A DNA stretch of 64,000 bases from Candidatus Bathyarchaeota archaeon (GCA_963775465.1 CAVZIW010000006.1:64001-128000); one strand, 5' to 3'. Positions 1 through 11,216 are shown, counted from the stretch's first letter. Translations and numbers: made by a program. The notes: generated by a model not told the origin, from the letters alone.

Positions 1-1362
1 AAGTCGTCATTCCTGCTTCGTCCAAGATTAGGCAAACAGTGCTTTGCGTTCGGTTATCTGTTTTTGCTCCTTTAAGTAACGAATCGGTTAGCAGAAGTTC
101 CCCAAAGATCGAAGCTGTCTCCGCTACAATAGAAGGGAGCATGCATGTTGAACAGTGTTTGGTTTCTTGAAGCATACCAGTCATGGGTGGCATGTCCAAG
201 TTCATGGGCTAAAGTGTATATGTCGCTGAGTGTACCGTTAAAGCTCTGCAATATGTAAGCGGATTTGCCCTTGTAGTAGCCTGCACAAAACGCTCCGTTG
301 CGTTTTCCAAAACGAGGCGTGGCGTCAATATGACGTTTTTGGAACATTTCCACAACCGCTGTGGCGTAGGCGGGGTCAAAGCGACTGCATGATTTGGTAA
401 TTAATTCTTGGGCTTGTTTGAAAGTGAACTTCATTTCTGAGTGTCAGGTAATGGAGCAATAAGGTCATGGTTGCCCAGTCACCGACAAACCCATCAATCT
501 TAGCTTTTGTTTTGAGGTAGCGTTGATAGGAGACAGCGCCTTCTTCGACTGTTTTGAGCAGATTCTCTATTATGCCTAATTCGGTATCGTTGCTGATTAA
601 GCTGGCTTCCATCGGGGTTGAATATTTTCTTCGTTTTGAAACCGTTACCCAATCATTACAAATAGCTCTCAATGCTGAGCTGAAGATTTCTCCATCCTTG
701 CCCAGTAACCCATAGATGCTGCGGTTAGCTGATTCGCGTGTGGAGCGATCAGGATGAGCTAAAAGTCCATTAGCTTCACAGTAACTCAGAGTCTTTTTTT
801 CCCCCAAGACATTATATCAAACAACCGCGTGTTAAGCCATTTGCACTGGAGTTCCTCCCATGCATCCACGCCAAATTGGTCTTTTTCGATTATGATTTGC
901 TCTTCAATCTCAGAGAGCTGGTGCTCAACGCGGCGTTGTAGACGCTCAAGCATATGTCGATAATTGGTTAAGGTGGGTTCTTGGATAAGTTCTGGTTTGT
1001 TTTTTACTAGTTTGCCAAGTTCCAGTGAGTAAAATGCCAGTTGCTTGCTGATTTGAGCTTCAAGTTTTTCAACCTTATCATTAAGAGTTGGGTTTCCGGT
1101 AAAGTCATGTTGGCAGCAAACGAGAGGCTAGCGAATAGATGAAACATCGCTGAGTTTGCCTCAAAGGTTTCAATTTCTTCGAAAGCACTGTAATAAATCA
1201 TCAGGTGAAAGGCTGGCTTATTTTGCCTCGATATTTTTTCTCAAACTCATTTGTGAAAGTCGTGGCTTCTGCGATGGTTTGGTTGATTTTAGGGTCAGAT
1301 ATGCTCGGGAAAAGCTCTGTTAAATCCCATGTAACTTGGTTACTCAAATCAATGTTCCTCAT
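1..1362 (-). CDS. pepF: M3B oligoendopeptidase F, split by several frameshifts, runs off the window edge
   Basis: ATG at 1362 gives MRNIDLSNQVTWDLTELFP (typical PepF N-terminus). Fragments 1007-1201, 376-807 and 72-434 follow; the last has GKRNGAFC and the HELGH (HExxH) zinc motif. Frameshifts are probably sequencing errors. Confidence 0.85.
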
Positions 1363-1485
1363 ATTTCTCTATTCTCTGTCGGTTATTTTTTGGAATCATT
1401 GTCTAAAAAAGGCGTGATAGTTTTTTCCATTTTTTATTATATAGAATAGGTGCTGCACACGTCAATTCACATTCAGCTTAAAGCT

Positions 1486-1638
1486 TCAAGCCGTAGCTTT
1501 TTTGCCTTTTTTGGTCGTTATGAAATGAGATCCGCATGCTGGGCAGGCAATAAACTCGTTTTCTCCTACTGCGTCAAATTCGAAAGTTGCGTGGCAACTC
1601 GGGCATTTAAAGAATATTGTGTTTTTTGTTGTTTGCAT
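1486..1638 (-). CDS. 50-aa zinc-ribbon protein (LysW-like CPxC...CPxCG, no EDWGE tail); absent from ORF track
   Basis: Manual translation: MQTTKNTIFFKCPSCHATFEFDAVGENEFIACPACGSHFITTKKGKKATA*. Confidence 0.7.
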   Translation of the reverse strand: MQTTKNTIFFKCPSCHATFEFDAVGENEFIACPACGSHFITTKKGKKATA

Positions 1639-1920
1639 TTTTTTTACCTTTTAAACTTTTTTTTAAGAACATGCAGAAATCTTTAGAGTAATCGAAATCT
1701 TCAGAAATCGCTTGCTTTTCTTAATATTGGAAGACTAAGTATTAACGCTTTCTGTAAAACATTAAGATTGTTCCATCTAGAAAATGGTTTACACTCTTGT
1801 AAATAAGCAGTCTGGTTCTCAAGGTTGATTGATTGCGAATCACTTTTTCTGGGTTGGACTCAGTCCCCTAAAGTGGTTAGCCAAAAAACTTGATGAAAAC
1901 TGCTCGCGTCCATTAATTGC

Positions 1921-1942
1921 TTAGTCAAGTTTTCTTGACGAA
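1921..1942. repeat. 22-bp imperfect palindrome TTAGTCAAG-TTTT-CTTGACGAA (boundary motif); degenerate copy at 1877-1897
   Basis: Arms are 8/9 complementary; directly followed by AAATACCTATAAG (BRE/TATA-like) of the 1985 gene. Confidence 0.8.
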
Positions 1943-1984
1943 AATACCTATAAGGTGATGCTTTCATGAAGTTTCTGATAGCAC

Positions 1985-2926
1985 ATGAAAGCCTGCATTG
2001 CCTTAGTTACTGTCTGCCTGATAGTTTGTCTTTCTATCGTCGCATTACCAGTTAAAGCACAAGAACCACTCAACCTAACGATCAAGCCAGATGGAAGCAT
2101 TGAACCAAACACTGATTTTACTTGGCTTCAAAGAAACGGGAACACCTACATCTTTATAGTAGATATTTTTGGCACCATAACAGTTCAAAGAGCAGGAATT
2201 ATAATAGACGGAGCAGGGCACACTCTTGAAGGCAATCAGGCGGTAAATATGAGAGCGATAAATCTGGTGGGCCATGATGAAACCTTCAATGCTTATGGTA
2301 ACGTCTTAGTGAAGAATCTGCGAATTTACAATTTCTTAGAAGGCATATACACGCCCTCAAACAACAACAGCTTTATCGGCAACCGCTTTGAGAACGCAGG
2401 CATACACATTCTAGGCGGCAGTGGAGTAGGCAACCTAGTAAAACATAACAGTTTCATTAACGCTCGAGTTTTCGTGGACTATAACCGCGGCGGGCTTGAT
2501 GTAATTACGGAAAACAACTTCTTTAACAGTGGAACGCTTGTTGATTTGGCGGATGCCCCCTTTGTAGATAGAAACTACTGGAGCAATTACGCTGCCTCCT
2601 ATCCTAACGCCACCGAAGTGGACAGTTCAGGGATCTGGGATACCCCTTATGTCGACGAAGTTAATTGGGCAACGAACAGAAGCATTGATTACCATCCGTT
2701 AATCAACTCGATAACCGATTTTGAGATTTCTGCTTTTGGCACTTCCCCTCCATCGGCAACGACTACTCCAACACAGCATCCAACCATTAATACTGGTGCA
2801 GAACCACCACAGACCGAGCTTTTTCCAAAAACATTAGTCATTGGGTCTGTAATTGGTGTGGCTGTTGTTAGCGTGGTTTTGTTGGTCTACTACAAAAAAC
2901 ACGTGATCCATGCAAAGAGAAGTTAG
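1985..2926 (+). CDS. Secreted NosD/parallel beta-helix surface protein with C-terminal TM anchor
   Basis: Signal peptide, IKPDGSI...IDGAGHTL, Asn-rich repeats, NYWSNY...GIWDTPY, Thr/Pro linker, TM followed by YYKK. Confidence 0.85.
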   Translation: MKACIALVTVCLIVCLSIVALPVKAQEPLNLTIKPDGSIEPNTDFTWLQRNGNTYIFIVDIFGTITVQRAGIIIDGAGHTLEGNQAVNMRAINLVGHDETFNAYGNVLVKNLRIYNFLEGIYTPSNNNSFIGNRFENAGIHILGGSGVGNLVKHNSFINARVFVDYNRGGLDVITENNFFNSGTLVDLADAPFVDRNYWSNYAASYPNATEVDSSGIWDTPYVDEVNWATNRSIDYHPLINSITDFEISAFGTSPPSATTTPTQHPTINTGAEPPQTELFPKTLVIGSVIGVAVVSVVLLVYYKKHVIHAKRS

Positions 2927-2944
2927 TCAAGAAGTTTAGACTAA
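2923..2944. repeat. 22-bp boundary palindrome TTAGTCAAG-AAGT-TTAGACTAA overlapping the TAG stop of the upstream gene
   Basis: Left arm identical to 1921-1929, same 9-4-9 geometry. Confidence 0.75.
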
Positions 2945-3053
2945 GAAATAAGTTGAGATGATAAGTGTATGTTGTTGGCGGCTTCAGCTTTGAAAGTCTC
3001 CCAAGTAACAATGTAACAACAAGCGCTGTAACAAGCTTACACTGCAATCGGGT

Positions 3054-3214
3054 ATCATTCAGTAACTCCCTTGCTTAAGCCAACCGAGGCATCAAACGCC
3101 ACATCAACCAGCAGCCAAATCAACCAAGCCCAGACGTTTCTGGTAGCTGTCTTGGGAACATTAGTCGTCGTTACTGTTGCAGCGTTGGTTATTGGCGGCG
3201 AAGAATGCGCTTAG
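3054..3214 (+). pseudogene. Remnant C-terminus (Ser/Thr linker + TM) of a surface protein
   Basis: Reads PTEASNATSTSSQINQAQTFLVAVLGTLVVVTVAALV, with WRRR in a shifted frame; no intact N-terminus. Confidence 0.45.
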
Positions 3215-3642
3215 ACTCTAGTACGAAGCATCAGGCATTTCTTTAGTATGATAAATATTAAAGATACAATATGGTTGCCTCTATGTCAAGTTGTTATTAT
3301 CGTGTTTAGGCTCATTGCGTGTTTGGGTTAATGATGTATTAGTGCTTTTTTCCTGCAAGCTCAGATTAGACTTCACTTATTGGATTGAGTCAACTTAGAA
3401 GAAGAAGCGAGAAATTTTTTAACCTTCTTCTTCTTTCAGTTAAAATTGATGGCTTGACTTAGGAATCAGCTTTAAGTCGGAAGAAACTTCCTATTGTTGA
3501 AAGAATTCTTTTCTTCTATTTTTGTTCTCGAGTTCTCAATTTTTCTGGCTTTCTATGGTGTCAGTTTGTCGGAAACGTTTATCTGCTAAACGGGCTGGAC
3601 GGGCAGCATGAAAGGTTTTGGGGAGGCTGTTGTGTGTTTAGT

Positions 3643-3686
3643 TTAGTAGTAGTCGTCTGCTGAATTTGGCGGACGACTACTACTAA
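3643..3686 (+). repeat. Hairpin with a perfect 15-bp stem extended by G-U pairs
   Basis: TTAGTAGTAGTCGTC (3643-3657) / GACGACTACTACTAA (3672-3686), plus TGCT/GGCG and a 6-nt loop. Confidence 0.85.
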
Positions 3687-3809
3687 CGAATAAAAGATGA
3701 CTGGGCGGTTTCTCTTTTATTATTAAAAATGTGTTTCTAGGCTGATTGTGAAAGAAGAAAAAATTGTCTTTTTTCCAGAAAATAGAGATTTTTCTTCTTC
3801 TAAGCGTTG

Positions 3810-3990
3810 ACTATTTCCAAGTTTGTGGGACTGGTGGTTCCTCAGCGAAAACTTGTATCCACTCAGCTTTTGTCTCTTCTGTCCATCTTTAGCTAGTTTG
3901 CCTCTACTTTAGGAACTATGTCAGGGTAATGCTTGAGTATAGTCTGTGCATGTTTTAAGGTCTCTATGTCGTCTGAATCTATGGCTTTTT
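3810..3990 (-). pseudogene. Degenerate ORF fragment of unknown function
   Basis: Reads KKAIDSDDIETLKHAQTILKHYPDIVPKVEAN*; after a frameshift RWTEETKAEWIQVFAEEPPVPQTWK*. Confidence 0.35.
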
Positions 3991-4677
3991 TACAGAGCGC
4001 CACCAACGTGAGTTTTTGGCGTACTTAGTAATGAGTTAGAAGTTAATCCACTAGTCGGCGGACAGTACAAATTCCTATCCAGAATTGTGCTACGGGCTAG
4101 CTTCACTGCGTCGTTCAAACCGTCGATTCCTAATTGAGTATGACTGATTTTTCCTTGAAACCTCTTTTTGAGGCATAAACAAGACCCTAACAAAATTATG
4201 AACAATGACAGAAACCACTGCAAACCGTTCACGCTCCAACTAGGAGGCGAGGAAAACATTTCGCTTGCTAGCAAGAGGCTAACCAATAAAACATACTTAA
4301 CAAGAGTTTGCTTTTAAGCAATTGCACAAAAGAATAAGAGTTGAACTGAAGCTCAAGTCGTTTTCAAATTTTAGAACTTAGTGAAATGCGCCCAATTGAT
4401 CCTTAATCATAGACTAGAATTCACTTTGGAAAGGTGCTCTTCCATTTGACTTGCTCCTTGTTTGCTTCTTGGGCAAATTGATTGGGTTAGTCAACATGGA
4501 CTTTGCGCAGAGTTCGAGTAAACTCTTTCCCTACAAGCTAGCTTCCATGATTGGAGGATTTAACTGTCGGGGTTATTAAACCGTCCCGGTGGTTGAGACC
4601 CAAAGGAGAAATCGATTTTTTAGCGGTTATTTATTAAAGCAACCAATATTATTACGCTATTTCGTAAAAGGGGCAAA

Positions 4678-4720
4678 GTGCCAAGGGTAGGATTCGAACT
4701 GCACACCCCTGCGGGTAAGA
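4678..4720 (-). repeat. Degenerate copy of the tRNA-Leu 3' half (att-like)
   Basis: gtgccaagggtaggattcgaac-tgcacacccctgcggg aligns with tRNA 5387-5425 gtgctacgggcaggattcgaacctgcgaacccctgcggg. Confidence 0.75.
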
Positions 4721-4778
4721 ACTCTGAAAGAGTAAATTTTTTATTTGCCTATAACTATGGCTATAGTGAGGAATAAAA

Positions 4779-4979
4779 TTGCCAACAACCGTTCAAGTTG
4801 ACGAAAAAACTCTGCTAATGCTAAACAAAATCAAAAAAGAAATGAAAGCCAACAGCCACGACCAAGTCATAAAAACCTTAATTATTGAACGAAAAAAGAT
4901 TCCCCGCTCAATGTTTGGCTCAAACCGTAGACTAAAAACATTCACAAAAGATGATGAAGCGGAATTCCATGACCTCTAA
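4779..4979 (+). CDS. vapB: VapB-type antitoxin (RHH/CopG-like)
   Basis: 66 aa, MPTTVQVDEKT..L.K.K....SHDQVI; overlaps a PIN gene; near-palindrome ACTATGGCTATAGT at 4754-4767 may be the operator. Confidence 0.8.
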   Translation: MPTTVQVDEKTLLMLNKIKKEMKANSHDQVIKTLIIERKKIPRSMFGSNRRLKTFTKDDEAEFHDL

Positions 4980-5376
4980 ATTTGTCATAGACGCTTACGC
5001 TTGGATTGAATACTTCAGAGCCTCAAAATACGGTGAAACTGCCAAAGAATACATCGAAAACGCTGATTCAGTAACCCCAAGTATAATTGTTGCTGAAATT
5101 AGCCGAAAACTGGAGAAAGAAATAGAACTTGGAAATGAAACCACAGAAGGCAGACTACAGCGTCTCGATTTCATAAGCGCCAACAGCCAAGTAGTCGCCT
5201 TAGATTTTGATCTCGCAGTAACAGCAGGAAAAACTGATTTAGAAATGAAAAAGAAAATCAAAGACTGGGGTCTAGGAGACTCAATAGTTCTTTGCACGGC
5301 AAGGAATCTTGATGGAAAAGTAGTGACGGGCGATGAGCATTTTAGAGACTTAAAAGAAGTAATTTTCATAAAATAA
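4969..5376 (+). CDS. vapC: VapC PIN-domain ribonuclease toxin
   Basis: VIDAYAWIEY, conserved E, GLGDSIVL and VVTGDEHF motifs; likely ATG at 4969. Confidence 0.9.
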   Translation: MTSKFVIDAYAWIEYFRASKYGETAKEYIENADSVTPSIIVAEISRKLEKEIELGNETTEGRLQRLDFISANSQVVALDFDLAVTAGKTDLEMKKKIKDWGLGDSIVLCTARNLDGKVVTGDEHFRDLKEVIFIK

Positions 5377-5384
5377 TTTTTATT

Positions 5385-5510
5385 TGGTGCTACGGGCAGG
5401 ATTCGAACCTGCGAACCCCTGCGGGAAAGGATTTCCCATCATAGGGCCAGACCTGCCGGCCAATGTTGATCTTGAGTCCTTCACCTTTGACCTGGCTTGG
5501 TTACCGTAGC
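5385..5510 (-). tRNA. tRNA-Leu(CAA) with 38-nt canonical 37/38 intron (5433-5470) and encoded CCA
   Basis: Acceptor GCTACGG/CCGTAGC-A-CCA, anticodon stem AAGGA/TCCTT, long variable arm, GGTTCGAATCC; bulge-helix-bulge with CTCA/TGGG helix and AGA/AAA bulges. Confidence 0.95.
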
Positions 5511-5605
5511 ATAGTGCAGTACAAAATTGTTTGGTTACTGTCTTATTAATCATTCTCACATGTTACCGCAAAAGTAAAAGACTCATTCATCGATAGTAAG
5601 GGAAG

Positions 5606-6485
5606 ATGCGGACTAACCACAAGATTATCTTTGGTAACAGCCAACAAATGAGCGAAGTCGCTGAAGGTCATGTTCACTTAATTGTGACTTCGCCGCCTTA
5701 CCCTATGATTGCAATGTGGGATGAACTGTTTTGTAAGGCAGATCCCAAAATCGAAGAATATTGGAGAAATTTGGAGTCAACTGGTAACGATGCAAATGTG
5801 CGGCAAATTTACGATGCAATGCATGAAAACCTTGCCAAAGTTTGGACTGAAACCTACCGCGTACTTTGCGATGGCGGAATCGCTTGCATAAATGTCGGAG
5901 ATGCAACCCGTAGCATCAACGGCAAATTCCAACTTTTCCCCAACCACTCACGTATTACCGAAATCTGCGAAAAAATTGGCTTCACAACGCTCCCATATAT
6001 TCTATGGAAAAAACCCACCAACAAACCTGCCTACAAGGGCAAAGGTGCTTTTTTAGGTTCAGGTTTTTTGCCTCCAAACGCTTATGTAACTTTGGATTGT
6101 GAGTTTATTTTGATTTTTAGAAAAGGGGGCCTTCGTAAGTTTCAGCCCAAAGATGCAAATCGGTATGAAAGCGCTTTTACTAAAAAGCAGAGAGATGAAT
6201 GGTTTAGCCAAATCTGGAACCTTAAAGGGCACGCGCCAAGCTGCGGATGATCTGCAACGCAGAACAGCTGCTTATCCAGAAGAAATCGTAGACCGCTTAA
6301 TCAGAATGTTTAGCGTCAAAGGCGAGATTGTCCTTGACCCCTTCTTAGGCTCAGGGACCACAGTCAAAGTCGCTATTAAAAATGAGCGCAGCAGCATTGG
6401 ATATGAAAACGATAATGACTTGTTCTCGTTGATAACCCAAAAAATCAGTATAGATGCTGGAAATGTTGAAATAATCAAACGCTAA
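5606..6485 (+). CDS. Site-specific DNA methyltransferase (beta class, SPPY, probably N4-C); one frameshift near 6227
   Basis: VTSPPY motif IV in 5606-6250; YPEEI and LDPFLGSGTT motif I in the 6153-6485 frame. Confidence 0.9.
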
Positions 6486-6532
6486 CGATTAATATCTCTC
6501 CTCTCGATTTTATGCAAGCAAGGTACTGATAA

Positions 6533-6850
6533 TTGAGCAAGAAGATCTCGATAGATAAGAAACCTATGGGGTTTGGAAATACCTCTAGAAGGTTTACTCA
6601 AACGGGCAGACGCTTAAAAGGTAACCTTGCCAAGGATCGCTTTGCTTTTGACCAAGCAATGCAGGGTCATGACTGCATCAAAATTCGTAAGGGGGGCGAT
6701 TTTATGGTTCAGAAACGGGACTTTTTTGGAAATAAGGTTGGGGAGCCAACGATTTTTGAGGTTAAGACTGATAATTCTGAGTTAACTGAGGCTCAGTTGA
6801 ATCGCCGGCGGAAGCTTGGGCGAAATCGTTATAGGATTGTTAGGTACTGA
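6533..6850 (+). CDS. Small basic PD-(D/E)xK nuclease-like protein
   Basis: GGDF...IFEVKT followed by LTEAQ, as in Hjc/VRR-NUC-type folds. Confidence 0.55.
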   Translation: MSKKISIDKKPMGFGNTSRRFTQTGRRLKGNLAKDRFAFDQAMQGHDCIKIRKGGDFMVQKRDFFGNKVGEPTIFEVKTDNSELTEAQLNRRRKLGRNRYRIVRY

Positions 6851-6982
6851 AACTTTGCTTTGTCTGAGCTGGAGGGTTAATGCCAAAGAGACTTGTCTTT
6901 CTTGAAGTTGATTTAAGGTAATTTATGTCTGTTTTAGCTAAACCTTAAAACCAATCCGGTAACGGTAATTTACCCGAAGAGA

Positions 6983-9877
6983 ATGCAACCAGAAAGCATC
7001 AGTTCAGTTTTCAAGATACTTGCTAAACCTGTTCGCAAAGCGTTAGCAACTCTTGGTTTTTCGACGCCGACTTTGCCGCAGACATTGGCTTTTCCGCCTA
7101 TTCTGGAAGGTAAGAATGTTCTATTGATTGCTCCAACGGGCACGGGAAAAACTGAAGCTGTGTTGTTGCCAATTTTCTCGAAGCTGGTGGAGCAGAATAC
7201 TCGAGAAGCAAAAGGAATCCAAGTTATCTATGTCACACCTCTACGTGCCCTTAATCGTGACATGCTAAAACGACTAACTTTTTGGAGTCAGCAACTTGAT
7301 ATAACCGTGGATTTGCGGCATGGCGATACGGAGATGAAAATCCGTCGCAAGCAAGCTAAAAAACCACCTCAAATGCTCGTCACTACACCAGAAACTCTTC
7401 AAGCAATTCTGCCTGGCTCACAAATGCGTCGTCACCTTGGAAACGTTCAAACCGTCGTTATAGATGAAGTGCATGATTTGGCTGAAAGCAAACGGGGTAT
7501 CCAGTTGACGGTGGCGCTGGAACGTATAGTTGAAGCAACAGGAAAGGATTTTCAGCGAATCGGTTTATCCGCTACAGTGGGCAACCCCGAAGAAGTTGCC
7601 CGTTTCATAGCTGGAGCAGACAGAGAGTGTCAATGTTGTGCAGGCAATTCTTGCAAAGAACTACTGCTATAGCGTTGAATCCATTTCGCCCACTGAAAAA
7701 GACTATGAATTAGCAGCCAAACTGGAAACTGCACCTGAAGCTGCAGCACGTATCCGCCGATTATTGGATCTTATCGAAAGCCACAAGTCTACGTTGGTTT
7801 TCGTAAATAGCCGAACAATCGCGGAGCTGCTGGGGCACCGTTTTGACCAGCTGGGACGCCAAGACATAGCCGTGCACCATGGCTCCCTGTCTAGGGAAGA
7901 ACGGGTTTCTATCGAAGACCAATTCAAAGCAGGGCAACTTCGTGCAATTATCTGTACCAGCACCCTGGAACTGGGCATAGACATAGGTAATGTGGACATG
8001 GTAGTGCAGTATATGTCGCCTCGGCAAGTTAGCAGCTTAATACAGCGCGTAGGCAGAAGCGGTCACAGTTTAGAGCGACTTTCAGAGGGCGTCATTGTTA
8101 CATCGTTTCCTGACGATACTTTAGAGTCTGTCGCAGCGGTGTCTAATGCTAGCCAAAACAAAATTGAACCAGTAATTATTCCACAAGAATGCGTTGGATG
8201 TTTTGGCGCATCAAATTGCAGGCATTCTCCTAGATAAACAACTCATCATGCAAACCGAGCTTTCAGTCATAATTCATCGTGCATATCCATATAGCACATT
8301 AACGGAGGAAAAGCTACAAGATGTTACAATTTTTTTGGAGAGTCCTCCACAAACTAAGAACAGAAGAGGACGGAAAAGTTTTGAAAAAAACAGGTCGAAC
8401 ACGTGAATACTACTACACAAACCTATCCATGATCCCTGACGAAAAACGCTATCCAGTAATCAACGTAATATCCGACCGCAAAATCGGCACACTCGGCGAT
8501 GAATTTATGACCCTGCATGCACGAGTAGGCTTGAATTTTATTATGAGAGGAAAAGTTTGGAGGATGGTTCAAATTGAGGACGAAACGGGCACTGTCCATG
8601 TTTTGCCTGCCGAAGACCCATCTGCTGCTGTTCCCGGTTGGGATGGTGAAATTCTACCGGTTCCATTTGACTTGGCGCAGCAAACAGGTGCTATACGGGA
8701 GAAAGTTGGGAAAATACTAAAACAGGGAAAAAAACCCGAGGCAACGGCGGAAGAATTGGCAGATGATTTTAAGACCGATAAGGAAACCATTCTTGAGGCT
8801 GCCTTGGAAATTGACGAACACATAAAAGAAGCTGTGCCCCTTCCAACACAAAACCACATAGTCATTGAAGTGCTAGACCGCTATATTGTTGTGCATGCGT
8901 GTTTTGGTGAGCTTGTCAACCGCACCTTTGGCGGAATCTTTGATTCTATACTTTCCGAGCGTGAAGCCATCACTGGCTGGTGGACAGACGGCTATAGAAT
9001 CCTCATAGAAACTTCCCATAAACTAGCCAAAAGGGAAGTTGAAGCGTTACCCAAAGAACTCTTCGAATTAACTAAAGAGCGTGTGGATGACGCATTCCTA
9101 ACTTATGTTAACTCAAAATTCCCATTTGTAGCCAGAATGAAAACCATCGCAGAACGATTCGGTGCCTTACCTAGAGGCAAAACTTTGGCTCATTCTGACC
9201 GAGCAGAGAAACTTAAAGCGGCTTTTGAAGATACACCCATCTACGACGAGACATTGCGGGAAGCAATGATGGATAAAGTTGATCTTTTGAAAGTAAAGCA
9301 GATAATTCGTGATATTGCAGACGGAAAAGTCAGCGTTTCCGCAATAATGCGTAAAAAGCCCTCACCATTGGCCTATCATATTTTGATGCAATACGCCGAT
9401 ACCGCTGAACTCATGGCGCCAGAACGTGTGCTATTAACTAACATTGACCGAATGAGACATTCAATCGATGCCCGAACAGCTAAACTACTCTGCCTGAATT
9501 GCGCTGTGTGGACAAAACAAATCCGCATAAAAGAATTATCTGACGAGCCTGAATGCGAAAACTGCCACTCGCGTCTACTTACGTTGCTGTATACAAGCCA
9601 AGATGCAGATAAACTCGCTGGAGATTTGCGTAAACGCCGAGAAGGCAAAGAACTAACGCCTGAAGACCTCAAAGAACTAAGCAATGCACGGCGCAAGGCA
9701 GATTTAATTTTGAGTTATGGGAAACAGGCGGTGCGAGCTCTACAGGTAAAGGGCGTTGGCCCTGAGACGGCTTCGAGAATTTTGGGCAAAATGCATCCGG
9801 ACGATGATTCCTTCTACATGGATTTGCTTAAAGCGAAAGTGCAATATTTGAGGACAAGAGAATACTGGGACAAATAA
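6983..9877 (+). CDS. lhr: Lhr-family DEAH-box helicase with C-terminal Cys4 zinc motif; three frameshifts
   Basis: APTGTGKT, DEVH, GLSAT, HHGSL, LELGIDIG, QRVGRSGH, CLNC..CENC, GVGPETA; frames join near 7628, 8186 and 8344. Confidence 0.9.
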
Positions 9878-9928
9878 GTTGCAAGGTTTAATAGGGAATG
9901 CGCTTGAATTTGGTTTAGCCGTGGTATT

Positions 9929-11216
9929 GTGGAGAAGAAGGAAGAGAGAGTTCTTAAGCGTTCAATCGGCTTGTGGAGCGCCGTCGCCATTAATGTTGGC
10001 GCAATTATAGGTGGCGGTATATTCGTTGTTACCGGTATTGTTGCAGGTTACGCTGGTTCAGCCCTCATAATATCCATGATAATTGCGGGCATTATCGCGT
10101 TTATTACTGCTTTTAGTTTTTCACGGTTAACAGCTTGGCAACCTATAGAAGGGAGCGTGTATGAGTACGGTCGCCAAATGGTGTCGCCCTATGTCGGTTT
10201 TATTGCGGGCTGGATGTGGATGGTAGCTAACACATTTACTGGTGCAGCAGTTTCTCTAGGCTTTGCCTATTACTTGGCATCAGCTTTCCCAAGTATAGCC
10301 AGCAATATTGTTGCAGCTATCTTGTGTTTGGGTTTTACAGGTTTGAATTTAGTTGGAGCCAAGGAATCAGCTAGTGTCAACAATATTCTTGTTACCATAA
10401 AACTTTTGGTGTTGGCTTTTTTCGTGGTTTTCGGTCTTTTACATGTAAGTGAAGCCAACTTTACTCCGTTTGTGCCTCTTTCCAGCGGTGTTTTGTATGG
10501 CGCGTTTTTTATCTTTTTTGCTTATGGGGGGTTTGCGCGGGTGGCAGTGGTTGCAGAGGAGGTTAAAGACGCAAAACGAAATGTGCCCCGTGCAATGCTT
10601 CTATCTCTTGGGATTTCGATGTTGGTTTACGTTTTGGTGGGTTTGGTTGCTGTGGGGTTGTTGGGTTCAACTGGGCTTTCAGGCTCAGGTTCACCGTTAA
10701 GTGAAGCCATCGGTATTACAGGGAAGTTCGTTAGCAGTGCAGATTGTAGCTGTTGGAGGGTTAGTTGCAACTGCGAGCGTTTTGTTGACGTCGATTTTGG
10801 GTGTATCACGCATGGCCTACTCGATGGCAAGACGCAACGATTTGCCCAGTGCACTTTCGCGGTTACACCACAAATTTTTCACGCCTTATTATGCAATTCT
10901 TTTTAGTGGAATTTTGATGGCATTATTGGTCTTGTTTGTAGATTTGACTAGAGTGGTAGCGATTAGCACTTTTGCATTGCTATTTTACTATTCAGTCACT
11001 AATGTTGCTGCTTTTAGGTTGAAAAACGGGGGTTGGCGGTTAAGGGTGTTTTCGTTGGTGGGGTTTGCAACATGCTTGCTTTTGCTGGCGTTTGTATTGT
11101 TTGTTTCTCTTGATGCTTGGATTGTCGGGGTATTTTTCTTGACTATTGGAACCGTTTACTATTTGGTTCATAAACGAATAATATCTGTACAAAAAAAGAA
11201 GTTTAGGTTGCGGTAA
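9929..11216 (+). CDS. APC-family amino acid permease; one frameshift near 10722
   Basis: GAIIGGGIF, FFAYGGF, AEEVKDAKRNVPRA, SRMAYSMAR; many TM segments. Confidence 0.9.

Noticed and set aside
3990-4286. 98-aa minus-strand ORF
   Set aside because: No recognisable motif; possibly a decayed membrane-protein fragment, not supportable as a gene.
6983-9877. Programmed frameshifting in lhr
   Set aside because: Three independent shifts without slippery heptamers, in a region where other genes are also broken.
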